Shown: one piece after another, positions 1 through 12,971 of the stretch
How the letters are laid out: each line of letters begins with the position of its first letter
Position numbering within the stretch: position 1 is the first letter of the stretch
Origin: the human T2T-CHM13v2.0 reference genome, Homo sapiens
Length of the DNA: 64,000 bases
NCBI RefSeq assembly: GCF_009914755.1
Contig: NC_060937.1
Direction: 5' to 3' (one strand)
Position numbers and translations under genes: made by a program
Notes under the pieces: generated by a model
Told to the model about the DNA's origin: nothing
Databases searched by the model: none
The model's input: the letters and a program-made list of their open reading frames with translations, nothing else

Positions 1-1789
1 CAAAGACCACCAAAACTAAACAAAGAAATTTACAAAGCCATGTCTAGTAATGTGCCAGGGTTGGGCAAACACACAACAGTGAAGAAATTCACTAAGTAAT
101 TTGCTGAAAAGGTAAAAACAACAGTATTTTTAAATGCTAGAAAGGAGAATTTCATGTCAATTTTGCAAATTAAGTAAGTACTGGACAGTAGCACCTGCAA
201 TAGGACAGAATGAGCCCATAGGTTTGTACACAGTTAGATGCACTGAGTCCCATTGTTTATTGTTCAAGAATCAGTCTTCAGCTTGCTCCAGTAAAAGTCT
301 GATGTGCCAGGGTCATTCAATATCCTGGGACCTTTATCAGCTTCAGTTAGTCAGAACTAGTGGCATAACACACAGTTTTTTATTCTGTTTTCTCCTTAGC
401 AAGTCTGTGGGAATTCTTCCTTTTAAGTTAGTAATTTGTATAAAAGTGAAAATACAATAATTTTGATCTTCATGCTAGTATGGACATAGATATCACTTAC
501 CTGATCTCCAGCTCAAAATATTAATATGAATTCTCTTAAACTTACTAAGATGTAGTTTCTTGAGTTATGATCCACTATGGGCAATGCCTCAGTTCTCCAG
601 AGAAGTAAACTAACTGATTATTTTACTCTCATTAAAGTCATACTTTAGAGCATTTTCAAAAATAAATGACTCCTTTTCACCACAATAAGAAGAAATGAAT
701 TTTTTTTTTCAACTTCACAGAGCTGAGGCTCTCCAGACCTATTTGAGCTCACAGAACCAGAAAATAATCTTATGATTTGGTTTTAATAATATAAATTTAA
801 CTCCAGCTAAGAGTAAATAAAACAAAACATAAAATAGTGTATCTTCAACTTAACCCTACATTTTGAGATTGAAAAATTGTTCTACATCATTGTCAATTAG
901 CTTATGACCCTGTGTTGCAACAAAATTAGAATATGTTGATTGATTCCCATGTAAATGATAATATTGATAGTATTCAATAACTATTAGGTTCTCAGTGAAC
1001 TCTGGGAAAGAATAGATAAAGCAAGCATCATTGTTTTCATTTTACAGCTTGATATTCTCCAGATAAAAAATATACAGATACTGAATGCTAAGAGTGAGTC
1101 AATTAATGGGAAATATTCAAAGATAAAATGTAATAACAGCTTTGAGCAGTAATGAAATATTAATTTAAAGTTAAATGTAAGTATAAAATCAGATATTATG
1201 AAAAGTTTGCTGCAAAAATAGGGAACTCAGAGGCAGTTATATTTCAAGACCACAGATCCTAACAGAGTTGCTGCTCAAAGTGATACAAGCAGAAAATTGA
1301 TCTTTTAAAAAAAGCATTCTGGTAGACATTATCTTCTGAATATTTTATAGATATATAATTTTTAATAATTTTTAACAAATAAGTTGTAAATGTAGATCCT
1401 TAATATAGGTTTTCATCTTTTGGGCATTTCAGCTTTGAAATTTGGAAAAGAACCTTAATAAGATTTGAAAATTTGAAAATGTATCATAATTATCATTGGA
1501 TATAGTATAATTTCCAGAGACTGCAAGGGAAATCTTAATTAGCAATCATATATGTGTAATATAATATTTGTTTTTTCTAATATATATAATGAGTAAATTT
1601 TGGCCAGAATGTACATTATATAATAAATAGGTTTCTATAATAAAATATATTAACTAGTATTGGATATTTTGGCATGGGGAATTAAACACAAATGCTTAGT
1701 AAGGTTTTAAAATATATTTACTCTCATCGGCAAAAACATTAAGATATTCAGGGAATTAAATGAGAAGTATTTTCCAGAAAAACTCAAAA

Positions 1790-1945
1790 TTTGAATTAGA
1801 ATACTGGATTTGATTCTAACTCACTACTGACTGCATCGTCAAGGATTGGTGACTTGCCCACTTTGGCTTCAATCCACTCATGTGTAATACAGTGTCTCAT
1901 TGTTTGGCATGACGATCAGATGAAGAAATGCATATACAAGTATGT
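1790..1945 (+). mobile_element. MIR SINE relic
   Basis: Degenerate MIR-like core (ctggatttgattctaactc...gtgacttgccca...); boundaries approximate. Confidence 0.45.
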
Positions 1946-1991
1946 TTCAGTGGAAGATCATTATGCCCACATTACCTAAAAATTTACTTCC

Positions 1992-2273
<282 letters not shown>

Positions 2274-2704
2274 TTACTTCTGAAACTGTTCACTCAGCAT
2301 GTATGAAAACCCTCAATGTAACCTGTATTTACACGCATAAGTCAGCCTCCAAAATAAGTTAGTACATCCACTTTAAGAATGGATTGCAGTAGGTTCTTAA
2401 GTTTGTTGGACTCTTGAAAGGTATATTCCTTCCCTAGTACATTTTCTAAAACAAATTATTCATTTGCTATCTTTTAACATATGAAATTGTTAAGGCATGT
2501 TGACTTGATAGAGTGCTTGCTTCCCCTTGAGAGGACTCAAAAATGCTGCAATTTTAAATCAAACTATGGTCTCAATGGACTCAATTTCAACACGTCATGC
2601 CATATGATAGGGTGAATGAAGTCAATGCTTAAAAATACCCTTTTAGTTACCCTGTATTTCCATACTGGATTCCAATGTTCAAGGTAATTCTTTGCACAAT
2701 AAAA

Positions 2705-2737
2705 AGCAATTCCTCTCTTTACCAGAAGGTGGCACTG
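2705..2737 (+). promoter_or_regulatory. Candidate CTCF site (core plus upstream motif)
   Basis: CCAGAAGGTGGCAC at 2722-2735 (one deviation from CCASYAGRKGGCRS), preceded by AGCAATTCC at 2705-2713. Confidence 0.55.
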
Positions 2738-3932
2738 CACCCCTCACTGTCATTCTGAGGTGGGTGCTGTGAAGAGATTATTCAACAATCTGGAAAGAAG
2801 CTGGGCTTTAGAACATTTTATTTGAAATAATGAGACACATGTGATTAATTTCCTAAAGAATAATTTTACTTTTGTCATATTGGGGAAAGATGTGCATACT
2901 AAGTAAAAATGAACAGCTGTTGAGAATAAAAGGAAAATGCTTCATTTAGAATCTATTAATTTCTATCATCATTGTTCAGTACAATATTCTCAGACTTAAT
3001 TACTCATGTAAAGAACAGTATGACTAAATGTGAAATAAAGTTTTCTTTACTCCCTTCAAGATCTGTTCTCCTTCTAACCACAAACTGTGCCACTGACATT
3101 TTATTATTTATTTTTTAACATAGAAATCCCACTAGGGTAACTAATTTCATTCTGAAACCCATTTATTTATGTTGTGATATGACAGTACCTACTTTGGCTT
3201 TTTTTTTCTCTCTCCTAGTCCCACCTCAGTCTCATGGGAGTAAATAAATCAATCATTACTGCAGGAATCTCTCCTTCGAGAGAACAGGGCTCTTTAAAAA
3301 TACTAGTTGCATATGTAATATTTAAACACCTGATTTTTAAAAAAATTCCTGAGACAGTTGAGATAGCCTTCCATGCAGTTCCAAATGTATTGTTTGCTGA
3401 TGGCAGGAGGAAAGAAAGGAGACAGTGAAAAGACTTATTGACAGATGAAAGGGGCTCAACTTGATTATATTTTAAGAAATACAATAGGAGAAATTCATGT
3501 TACTAAAAGCACAAGCACTCAATTAATTAATTGTCAGAATCAGGAGTAAAAATTGCATCTTACAAGAGAGAAAGTAAAGGGAAAGGATAAGAAAAAGTGA
3601 AGATGCCTTTATTTTATGTATTTATTTATTTTGTACCCTTGATTTTGAATAAATAGTTTTACTCCTATTCACTAAATCCATGACAATAATGGTATGAAAT
3701 AAAAGTAAGACCAGATAAAAATACCTATGATGCTCATTGTTTAAATGAATCATTCCACATTTAATTGAATAGATTTAATAAGTAAATATAATTGCTGCAT
3801 AACAGTTATATATAACAGGGTTTTTCACATTTCTTTTTCCTAATTATCATAAAATAAATAAAAATTCAGCAATATGTTTAATTTTTATTTTGAACATGGA
3901 GGAAAAAGAATTGCTTAGTTGACATATTTGGT

Positions 3933-6900
3933 GGCCTTCCACTTTCTGGTTCAGCATCTAAGAAATTTGCACATCACCATGCCACCCGACAGCAGGTGAA
4001 AAGCTAAACAACAGAAAAGCCAACAGTCCTTCTTAGCTCTGTTAAAGAAGTGAGGTCACGAGGCAATCACTGCCCTAAAACTTGGAGAGACAGGCAGGTA
4101 CAAAACATCACAACTTACTAAAGCAGAAACTCACTTGCTGAAAGCACAACAGGAACTGGTGTAGGGGGAGGATAACCTGATGGATAATTGATGCATTGCT
4201 GGAGGCTGAAAACTCCAGGGGCACCTAGTCATAGAAGGGGCATCACACTTGTGAATTTTACCTTCAGGAGCTTTACTAGGTCCCCACGGTGACTATCTGA
4301 GAAAAATCCCTTTATGTTTCCAGCAGGAAGGGGAGAAAAGGAACCATTTAAAAATATGTCAGAACTTTCTGTTCCTCTTAACTTGGCCCATCCTCAGGAG
4401 AAACTATTTTACCAGACCCAATCTTTTGGGATTTCATTAACAGCCAAACCTACCTGGAGGGAGGGAAATACCCAACTCTAGCCAACTCTAGTCTCCCAAG
4501 TGGGGCAAGGGAACTATGCAACTCCAGCCACCTCCAGCCGTTCTGTCCCCACCTTAGTTGGGGACAATGAGAATGACTTGTGAAGTTCAGAGTCCAGAAG
4601 TTCAGGCTCACTAAAAGACTGACCCTAAATACTAGACTGTAGAACAATTCTGTTCCCCCTCCAGCATGCCACTACATTACTGAAGGCCTGTTTACTTCAG
4701 TTTCTTTTACATCGTGTCTGCCTTTCCATACACGTGCACACACACACACACACAAAAGTTTCAAGAGATTGAACGAGTATGAGAATCAGAGTCAGATATG
4801 GCAGGGTTTTGGAATTATTGGGCCAGGCATTTTTTTTTTAAAGCTATGATTAATATGCTAAGAGCTTTAATGGAAATACAAGAACAGATGGATAATGTAA
4901 CCAGAGAGGTAGAAATTCCAGGAAAGATTAAAGAAAGTGCTGTCAAATAAATGAATAATGCTTTTCAATGGGCTCCTTAGTATACAGGAAAGAACTGAGA
5001 AAAGAATCTATGAGCTTGAAGATTTCGCAACAGACACTTCCAAAACTGAAAAGCAAAAGAAGGAAAGGAACAGAAGTAACAATGGGAGAAATAATGACTG
5101 ACAATTTTCCCAAATTCATGTCAGACACCAATTCACAGATCCACGAAGCTCAGAGAACACCAGCCAGAACAACTGCTTAAAAAACTACCCCTAGGCAGAT
5201 TATGTACAAGCTGGAGAAAATCAAAGATGAAAAATCTTGAAAGAAGCTTATAAAAAAGCAAAAATAAGAATTACATCTGACTTCTCCTCAGAAACCATGC
5301 TAGCAAGAAGAAAGTGGAATAAAATATTCAAAGTGTTGAGAGAGAAAAAAAACCACCAATGGAGAATTCTCTACTCTATGAAATAATCCTTCAAAAGTAA
5401 AGAAGAAACACTTTCTTAGACAAACAGAATTTTAGAGAATTTGTTGCCAGTGGAACTGCCTTGCAAAAAATCTTAAGTGCTTCAGAGAGAAGAAAAAATT
5501 ATATAGGTCCTAAAATCATATCTACATAGAGAAAGGAAGAACATCAGAAAATTAATAAATCAAAGTAAAATTTGAAAAAGTTATTTTTCTTCGTTGCAGT
5601 AATACATAATTTCTTCACTATAATAGTAGCAACAATATTTTGGATTCCATATACTTATGCATTATATATGCATATGTATGCTTATACATAAGTGAAACGA
5701 ATGATAATGATACAAGAGATAGGAGGAAGGAATTAGGAAGATTTTGTTATAAAGTAATTGCACTGCTTGTGAAGTGATACAGTGTTATTTGAAAGTGTAT
5801 TTGGATTCATTTAAAATGTATATTGCAAACTCTATGAAAACCATTTTAAAAACTAAAAAATGAAAAAGTATAATCGATAAGCTAAGACAGGAGAGAAAAT
5901 GAAATCATATGCTCAATTAAAACCACAAAAGGCAGAAGGTAGAAGAAAAACAACAAAGAACAAGGGCATCAAATAGAAAATTATAACAAATACGGTAGGT
6001 TTTACTCCAACTGTATCAATAATCACCTTAAACCTGAAAGTTCTAAATATACCAATTAAAAGACAGAGATTGTAAGAATAGATGAAAAATCAAGACCTAC
6101 CTATATGTTGTCTATAAAATACCCACTTTAAAATATAAAAACACATGTAGATTAAAGCAAAAGGATGGCAAAAGATATACCATGAACATAATCAAGAGTA
6201 ACTGAGACTAGCTATGTTAATTTCAGACAGAGTGAGCTTCAGACAGGAAAGTTACTGGAGATAAAAAAGGGGCATTATATAGTGATAAAGGGTCAATACT
6301 CCAAGAAGATATAGCAATCCTTCATGTGTATGTACCTAATAACAAAGTGTCAAAATACGTCAGGCAAAGGCTGATAGACATCCCACCATTAAGATATACA
6401 GGTGGCATATAAGAATATAAAAACATGTTCAACATCATATGTCTTAAGAAATTACAAATTTTAAAAAATGAGATATCATTACTCATCTATAAAAATGGCC
6501 AAAATTCACAACACTGACACCACCAAATGCTGGTGAGAATGTGGAGCAGCTGGAACTCTCAATAATTGCTGACGGGAATGTAAAATGCTACAACCACTTT
6601 GAAAGAGAGTTTGTCAGTTTCTTAGAAAATTAAACATACTCTTACCATATGTTCCATCAATTGCACTACCCAAATGAATTAAAAACTTATATCCATATAG
6701 AAAGCAGTACATGGAACTTTACAGCAGCTTTATTAATAATTGACAAAAGTTGGAAGCAACCAAGTTGCCATTTTGTAAGTGAATGAATTAACTGCGGTAT
6801 ATCTAGACAATGGAATATAATTCAGTACTTGTAAGAAGTAAGCTATCAAGTTATGAGAAGACATGGGGGAATATTAAATGCTCTTACTAAAAGAATGAAG

Positions 6901-7555
6901 CCAGTCTGGAAAGGCTCAAGACTCTGTAATTCTAACTAAAAATGCTCCTCAGCTTCCAAATGGGATTGCACGCTCATTGTAAATTGTAAATATTGTAGGT
7001 TGAAAGTGTATTTTTGACTCAGGATATTTTTAATTTACAGTAGGTTTATCCAGACACAACCCCGTTGTAAGTCACAGAACATAATGAAGGTGTATTGCTC
7101 CTGCACCACAGTAAAATCAAGAAATTACAAATCAAACCATTGTAAATTAGGGACTGTCTGTATATAATATTCTGGAAAAGGAAAAATTATGGTGACAGTG
7201 AAAAAATTAGTCGTTGCTAAGGGTTAGGAGGTGAAGGGGGTGAATAGATAGAGGACAAATAATTTTTAAGGTGGTGAAGCTATTCTGTATGAAGCTACAG
7301 TGGTTGATACTTGTTATTATACATTTGTCAAAACTCAGAGAACGTACAATACCAAGAGCAAACCCTAATGTCAATTGATACTTTGGATGATAATGATGTG
7401 TCAATGTTGGTTCATTTATTAAAACAAATATACCACTCTCGCAGGGGAAACTGATAAATGGGGAAGGTGTGCGAGTGGGGTTGGGAGTATATAGGAACTC
7501 TGTACTTTCCATTCAATTTTGTTGTGAACATATAACTGCTCTAAAAGTTTATTAA
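3933..7555 (+). mobile_element. Old LINE-1 (L1MC1/L1MCa-type): 5'UTR, ORF1 and ORF2 endonuclease remnants, large internal deletion, 3' end
   Basis: ORF1 motif EIMTDNFPKF..QIHEAQRTP (~5085-5165); ORF2 start IITLN..PIKRQRL..QD.TICC (~6015-6115); L1MC-type 3' end (aaccctaatgt...gataatgatgtgtcaatgt...ctgctctaaaa). Confidence 0.9.
6939..7160 (+). mobile_element. Tigger4a (MER46A) non-autonomous DNA transposon inserted in L1MC
   Basis: Termini aaaatgctcctcagctt ... ttagggactgtctg, internal inverted symmetry, TA on both flanks; L1 resumes on each side. Confidence 0.85.
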
Positions 7556-8019
7556 TTAATATATACATATGAAGCTCATTTTTCAAGGAAATTATCCAAC
7601 ATTTTATGGACTAGGTTTAGTAAGTAAAAATAAATGCGTGATAACAATGATCATTCCTTTTTTCACATTTCTTTCTTCTAAATTGTCTTAAAATTATAAA
7701 AAGCAATATGAGTTTATTTTTAATTCTAAATGTGGAGAAAAAAAGTATTGTTTAGTTGAAGCATTTGGTAATTATGAAATTAGATGTCTATTGGAGAGAA
7801 CAGTGTTTATTAATTTTAGCTGACAAGGGAATAATTTAAAAAGCTTTCATTTTAGATTAATTTTATGTCTATGCCCACGTATGGGATTGCAGATTACTGA
7901 AATGTAGAACATACTTTACAGCAAATAAGTTTAATACCATTATGTTTGCATGACAAATACACATATTTTTCATTATTACTTTTTTTAAAATTTGAAATAA
8001 TTTGAAAAAAATTTACTGA

Positions 8020-8350
<331 letters not shown>

Positions 8351-8611
8351 TTATGCTCAGGTAGAAATTTCAAGAATATTATTAATTCAATTTCTGCCTA
8401 CAAAATTTTACATTGAAATAAAATATTTTCTTTTTCCAATAAAAAGAGCAGAGTTTACTGGTTCATAACTCAAAATGGAATCAAATAGCATACATATTTG
8501 CATTTATATTATGAAACAATACAAATTCTGAACTCCATATCTCCAGTACTGTGAAAGAGTAACAGTATTCACTTTATTTTGTGTATGTAACTAACAGGAA
8601 AGGAGAATTCC

Positions 8612-8678
8612 CAGAGAGTTTCCTATATTGGATAATAGATGAGAGAATCCTATATTGGATAATGGACAAGAGAGAATT
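8612..8678. repeat. ~27-bp tandem duplication containing two CArG boxes
   Basis: tcctatattggataat occurs twice (8621-8636, 8648-8663); CCTATATTGG fits CC(A/T)6GG. Confidence 0.85.
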
Positions 8679-8979
8679 ATTTAACTCCAGATTTGATTAA
8701 AATGATAAAACTACCTCTTAAGAATGATTATAGTTCAACTCTGAAATGTAAACTTAAACCATTTTCCTATCATTGTAAACAAATTAATCCGACAGTTATA
8801 TTCACTCCTACTGGTGTGCTAAGGAATTGTTGACACTCTTTGGGCAGGATCTAAGTGGCTACACCCATTCGGCTCTGCCCCAGAAGTCCTGCATCCTTTC
8901 TGATACTTCCTTAATTAAATTACATGTACACTACATTCTCTTTCAAGAGGCTTTTATTGGCCAAGAAGATTAACCACTC

Positions 8980-9220
8980 CATTCTTTGTTCCCATTATAC
9001 TCCATACAGCTTTTTATTGCACAGGTAATTACGTACTGCTATATTTTTACTTATTTATTTCTTCTTATCCAACTATATACATTTTAAGGGGAAGAGAAAT
9101 AATATTCTTTTTGAATCTGCAGTGTTTAGTACCATGGTGAACTCAGTGCCTGGCCAATAGCAGAAACTCAACAGTAACTTAATACATCTTTGTTATACGA
9201 ATGAAAGGAAAGAAGGGAGG
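8980..9220 (+). mobile_element. L2 3' end relic
   Basis: cagtgcctggccaatagcagaaactcaa...gaatgaa terminus. Confidence 0.6.
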
Positions 9221-9239
9221 AAGAATAATGGAAATTATC

Positions 9240-9447
9240 ATAGTTTATGGAGTCCATTTAAGTACTATTACTTCTTTATGGCAATTTACTCTCATAACAA
9301 CCTTATGAAGTACAGATTATTATCCTCATTTTACAACTAAAACAAAACACAAGGTGATGATCAGAGAGTTTAAGCACCTTGCCTGAATTCACACAGTTCA
9401 TCCTGTGTGCTTGGGATGCAAATAGTGAGTACCTCCGACTCCAGAGC
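9240..9447 (-). mobile_element. MIR
   Basis: ctcataacaaccttatgaagta..attatcctcattttaca...tcagagagtttaagcaccttgcctgaattcacacag. Confidence 0.75.
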
Positions 9448-10489
9448 AACACTCAGGACATGACAATGTTCAGAAGGTGTGTGATGCATGCCATAGGCTC
9501 TCCCTCATAAAAACACACTTGATCCTAATACCGTCACTGTGGACTAGATATTAGGATCCATTATTTGCAGATGAGAAAGAAAACAGTTAAAACAAGTCTC
9601 CTGTCTGAGCAATTTTAAAAGGTGCTAGGCTACAGAGATGCCATGATTATAAGTTCAAGGTTCATTCACTGCCACAAACCTGTCTTATAATACTTTTGCA
9701 TATTTCCTCACTGAAAAATAGTATCCTCATTCAGAAATTACATAATGGCCATAGCTAGGTAAGTGTGTTCTGTGAATTTGGAAATCAGTTTCAGTTTGCT
9801 GCAGCCTGCAGGTATTCTCAAATGCATCAGAGAGTAGACTAGGAAAAATAAAACTGAAATGTAAAAGGAATGAGCAGGGGGTGTATATTAGGCTCTTTCT
9901 GACCTAGTATTAGCCTCCCCATCAGATTTCACTTCCAATGGTCTTTCTCCAACAACATGGTCTTTCAGGCCTTTCCTTGTAATCTAAGGTAGAGTGAGAA
10001 GGAAAGTGATTTTAGGGTCATGATTGAATGGCTAACAGCACAAATTCAAAGACTTCTTTTATCAGGAAAAAATAAGGTTATTTTATGGTAATTATCATTG
10101 GAAATTCTAAACCTTAAATCAGAGAAGCATTAGCAGTCAAAGATCTCTGCTGTAGATTTGTGGAGTTTGTATTACATTACAGATATTTTAGAAAGGCATA
10201 AATTGAAACCAACGATAAGAATTGACAATGAATCTGAAAATCAAGCCACTAAGACTGCATGGCCCTTCAAGATAAATCAACATTATAATATTCAATATTA
10301 AGCTCTATGCATTTTCTCATACAATAAAATAGTTTTGATCTCTAATCTAGAGACAGCCAAAAAACGGTGGTGGTGGTTGTTCTTTTTAATTCAGTGATAC
10401 ATATGTGCAGTGCCTAAAACTAAACAAGACAGGGCCTAATCAGCGTCTGGTATTATAAATTTACAAAAGAGGAGTAAAAAAGAATTAAG

Positions 10490-10696
10490 CCAAGCTCCGT
10501 GCAAAGTGTGTCATCTTTATTAGGTTTATAGTCATTATTTAATTTAACCTTTAAAATAACCCCTTGAGTTAGGAGCGTATTGGCTCCAAATAAATTACCA
10601 GTATATTGATCTTACTGTATGGCAAGTATTTGAATCTCAGATTCAAACCCAAATTTTTTTGGAGGCCAAATCAACTGCTTTTCATAACTACACTGC
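10490..10696 (-). mobile_element. MIR relic
   Basis: tttaacctttaaaataaccccttgagttagg ... gattcaaaccc. Confidence 0.5.
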
Positions 10697-10989
10697 ATTC
10701 CCACTCATATGCTTCTACTGACACCACGTATGTAAATGGGTCAGTAGCCATGGTGAAGTTAAGGACACAAGAATAAACCACTGATTTAGAATCATAACTG
10801 AAGCTAGATGACAGGGCACATGGCAAACACGAAATATCTGGCAAGGTCAGTTTTGATGAACAGTGACTGTAATAAACTCAAATGATACTTCATTTAGAAT
10901 AAGTTATTTATATACTTAATAAAAATCATTATAGCCTTTAATTACTTAGGTTCATTTGTCATTAACTTTATCCCGGGTTTTCACTGATC

Positions 10990-11200
10990 TACCCATTCAT
11001 CTACTCAGCATATACTTATGTGCTCACTGTGTACCAGGACTCAGAAGGGGGCTCTGAGAGTGACCTGAAGAGTGAATAGGGGTTTAAGGAGAGTGTAGCA
11101 CTTTTAACAAGGAGGCGCAGGCCCTTTGGCATGGAACTGCCAAGACTTTCAGGGTCTGAAAGAGAGCCAGTTGAGGCAGGCGCTCAGGGCAAAGTGGAAG
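10990..11200 (-). mobile_element. L2 relic
   Basis: cattcatctactcagcatatacttatgtgctcactgtgtaccagg (reverse complement of L2 3' end). Confidence 0.55.
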
Positions 11201-11749
11201 CACAGCGGAAAACTAATTAAAGTTAATTTTGCTTTTCATTAATATTATCTTCAAAATTTACATTTCTATGTGTAATATTTATTGGGAAAAAAAGATGTAT
11301 CCCCTTGAAAAAAAAGTAATGCTACATGATATGCTAACAATGAAGTACTAAGTATCTATATAAAATAGTTTGAAAACTTTGAAAAATTAATATCAATTTT
11401 ACAGCCATTTATGCTGATAGCACCTGATATTTTATAAGATTTAATTAGACAGATTATGTTTTATTTTAAAGGTATGTACTTCTTACACAGGAATATGAAT
11501 AGAAATAAAGATTTCTATGTACAAAGGCACTTAATACATATATTTAATATCTATTTTAAATTTTAATTGAAATGGTTTTTTAAGAGGGAAAAGTCTAGGT
11601 TTCATTAGCTTTTTATTGTTCTATATTTAATCAGCCCTAAAATATAATTACAGCCCTAGAATATAATTACTGTCAAATGAAAGCTTTATTATAATCTAAC
11701 TGGCCCCACTAAAAAGTTTAGTCATGAAGTCTCAGAGAAATTTCACTTT

Positions 11750-12270
11750 TGTTTGTAAAACTTTTCCTATGGCCCCTCTGTTCACAATCCAAAGGCAACA
11801 TTTCTCTAGCTGCTCAGCTATTCTGTTTTCTGCTTTCTAACATGCCAACATCAAAAGCTGTAACTCTGCCCTTTTCTCTTCGTATCCATGTCAGACGCAG
11901 GGTAACTGGGAGAGCTTTCAATATCAACAGCAGCTCATCTTACTGATAAACAGGCGCAAAGACAGAAGCAGATGGTTTCTAGGCACAGAAAGCAGTGGGT
12001 GAAAGTGGTACACTCCCGTTTCTATCTTCAGAGAGTGTAAAATATTTTATCCTGAATGACATGCTCCTAAGTTAAAATAATATTTATTTGGGTAGGCCTG
12101 CTATACAGGAAATGTTAAGATACCGAAAACGGTACACTGGAAACAATATGAATCGTGCAACAAAAGCGAGTGAACTCTGAAGATGAGGGAAGTGAGTCGC
12201 ACCACAGACAGCAGTGGGGGATAGCAACTCTAACAAAGTCTCCGCTCCTGCGAAGAGCTCATTCAAGCAC
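11750..12270. promoter_or_regulatory. Candidate enhancer/promoter-like non-repeat segment
   Basis: 11 CpGs counted in 11881-12252 against a CpG-poor background; TGATAA, CAGATG, ACAGGAAAT, GGAAGTG and ACCACA motifs. Confidence 0.4.
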
Positions 12271-12640
12271 CTCCCTTTTAAAGGGTATTCCTAATACCCT
12301 TTGGAAGTTTCTTCTTCCCTTCACTCACAATTTCCCTTCTCTGAGGTTCCAAGGATGTGAAAAAAAAATAATAAGATAAAAACCCCCAGACCATAAATTT
12401 TCTTACAGACTTCATATAGAGGGATATATGATAGATACAGATATAACTAATATTGACATAAATAAGTGTATCTACATCCGTCTATATCTATAGAACGTCT
12501 GTACCTATCTATATCTTTATAACTATATTGATCGCTGTAGGTAGATCTAGATATCAGGAAGTAAAAGGGAAGCTGGAAAATATGATTTATATACAAAGAT
12601 TAAATCTTTGCTCAAATCACTTGAAGGGCAAACCACATAT

Positions 12641-12962
12641 ATTTTTTCCTATTGGGGTTTGTTTGAGACAGGGTCTCGCTTTTTCTCCCAGGATGGAGTG
12701 TGGTGGTACAACCTCAGCTCATGGCAGCCTCAACCCCCAAGGCTCAAGAGATCCTCCCATCTCTTCCTCCCAAGTAGCCTGAACTTTAGGGCATCGCCAT
12801 CACATCTGGCTAATTTTTTTTTTTTTTGTATTTTTGTATTTTTGCTAGAGATGGGGCTTTGTCATGTTTCCCAGACTGGTCTCGAACTCCTGGGCTTAAG
12901 CGATCCACCTGCCTCAGCCTCCCAAAGTCCTAGGATTACAGGCATGAGTCACCGAGCCAGGC
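12641..12962 (-). mobile_element. AluJ
   Basis: gagacagggtctc, gcagcctcaacc, ctcctgggcttaagcgatcc (J diagnostics); TSD acc(a/c)catat. Confidence 0.93.
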
Positions 12963-12971
12963 ACCCCATAT

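Noticed and set aside
134-460. 108-aa ORF
   Set aside because: No recognisable homology or convincing splice context
3195-3230. Strong pyrimidine tract plus AG acceptor-like site
   Set aside because: No matching donor or coding frame; poly-T tracts are common here
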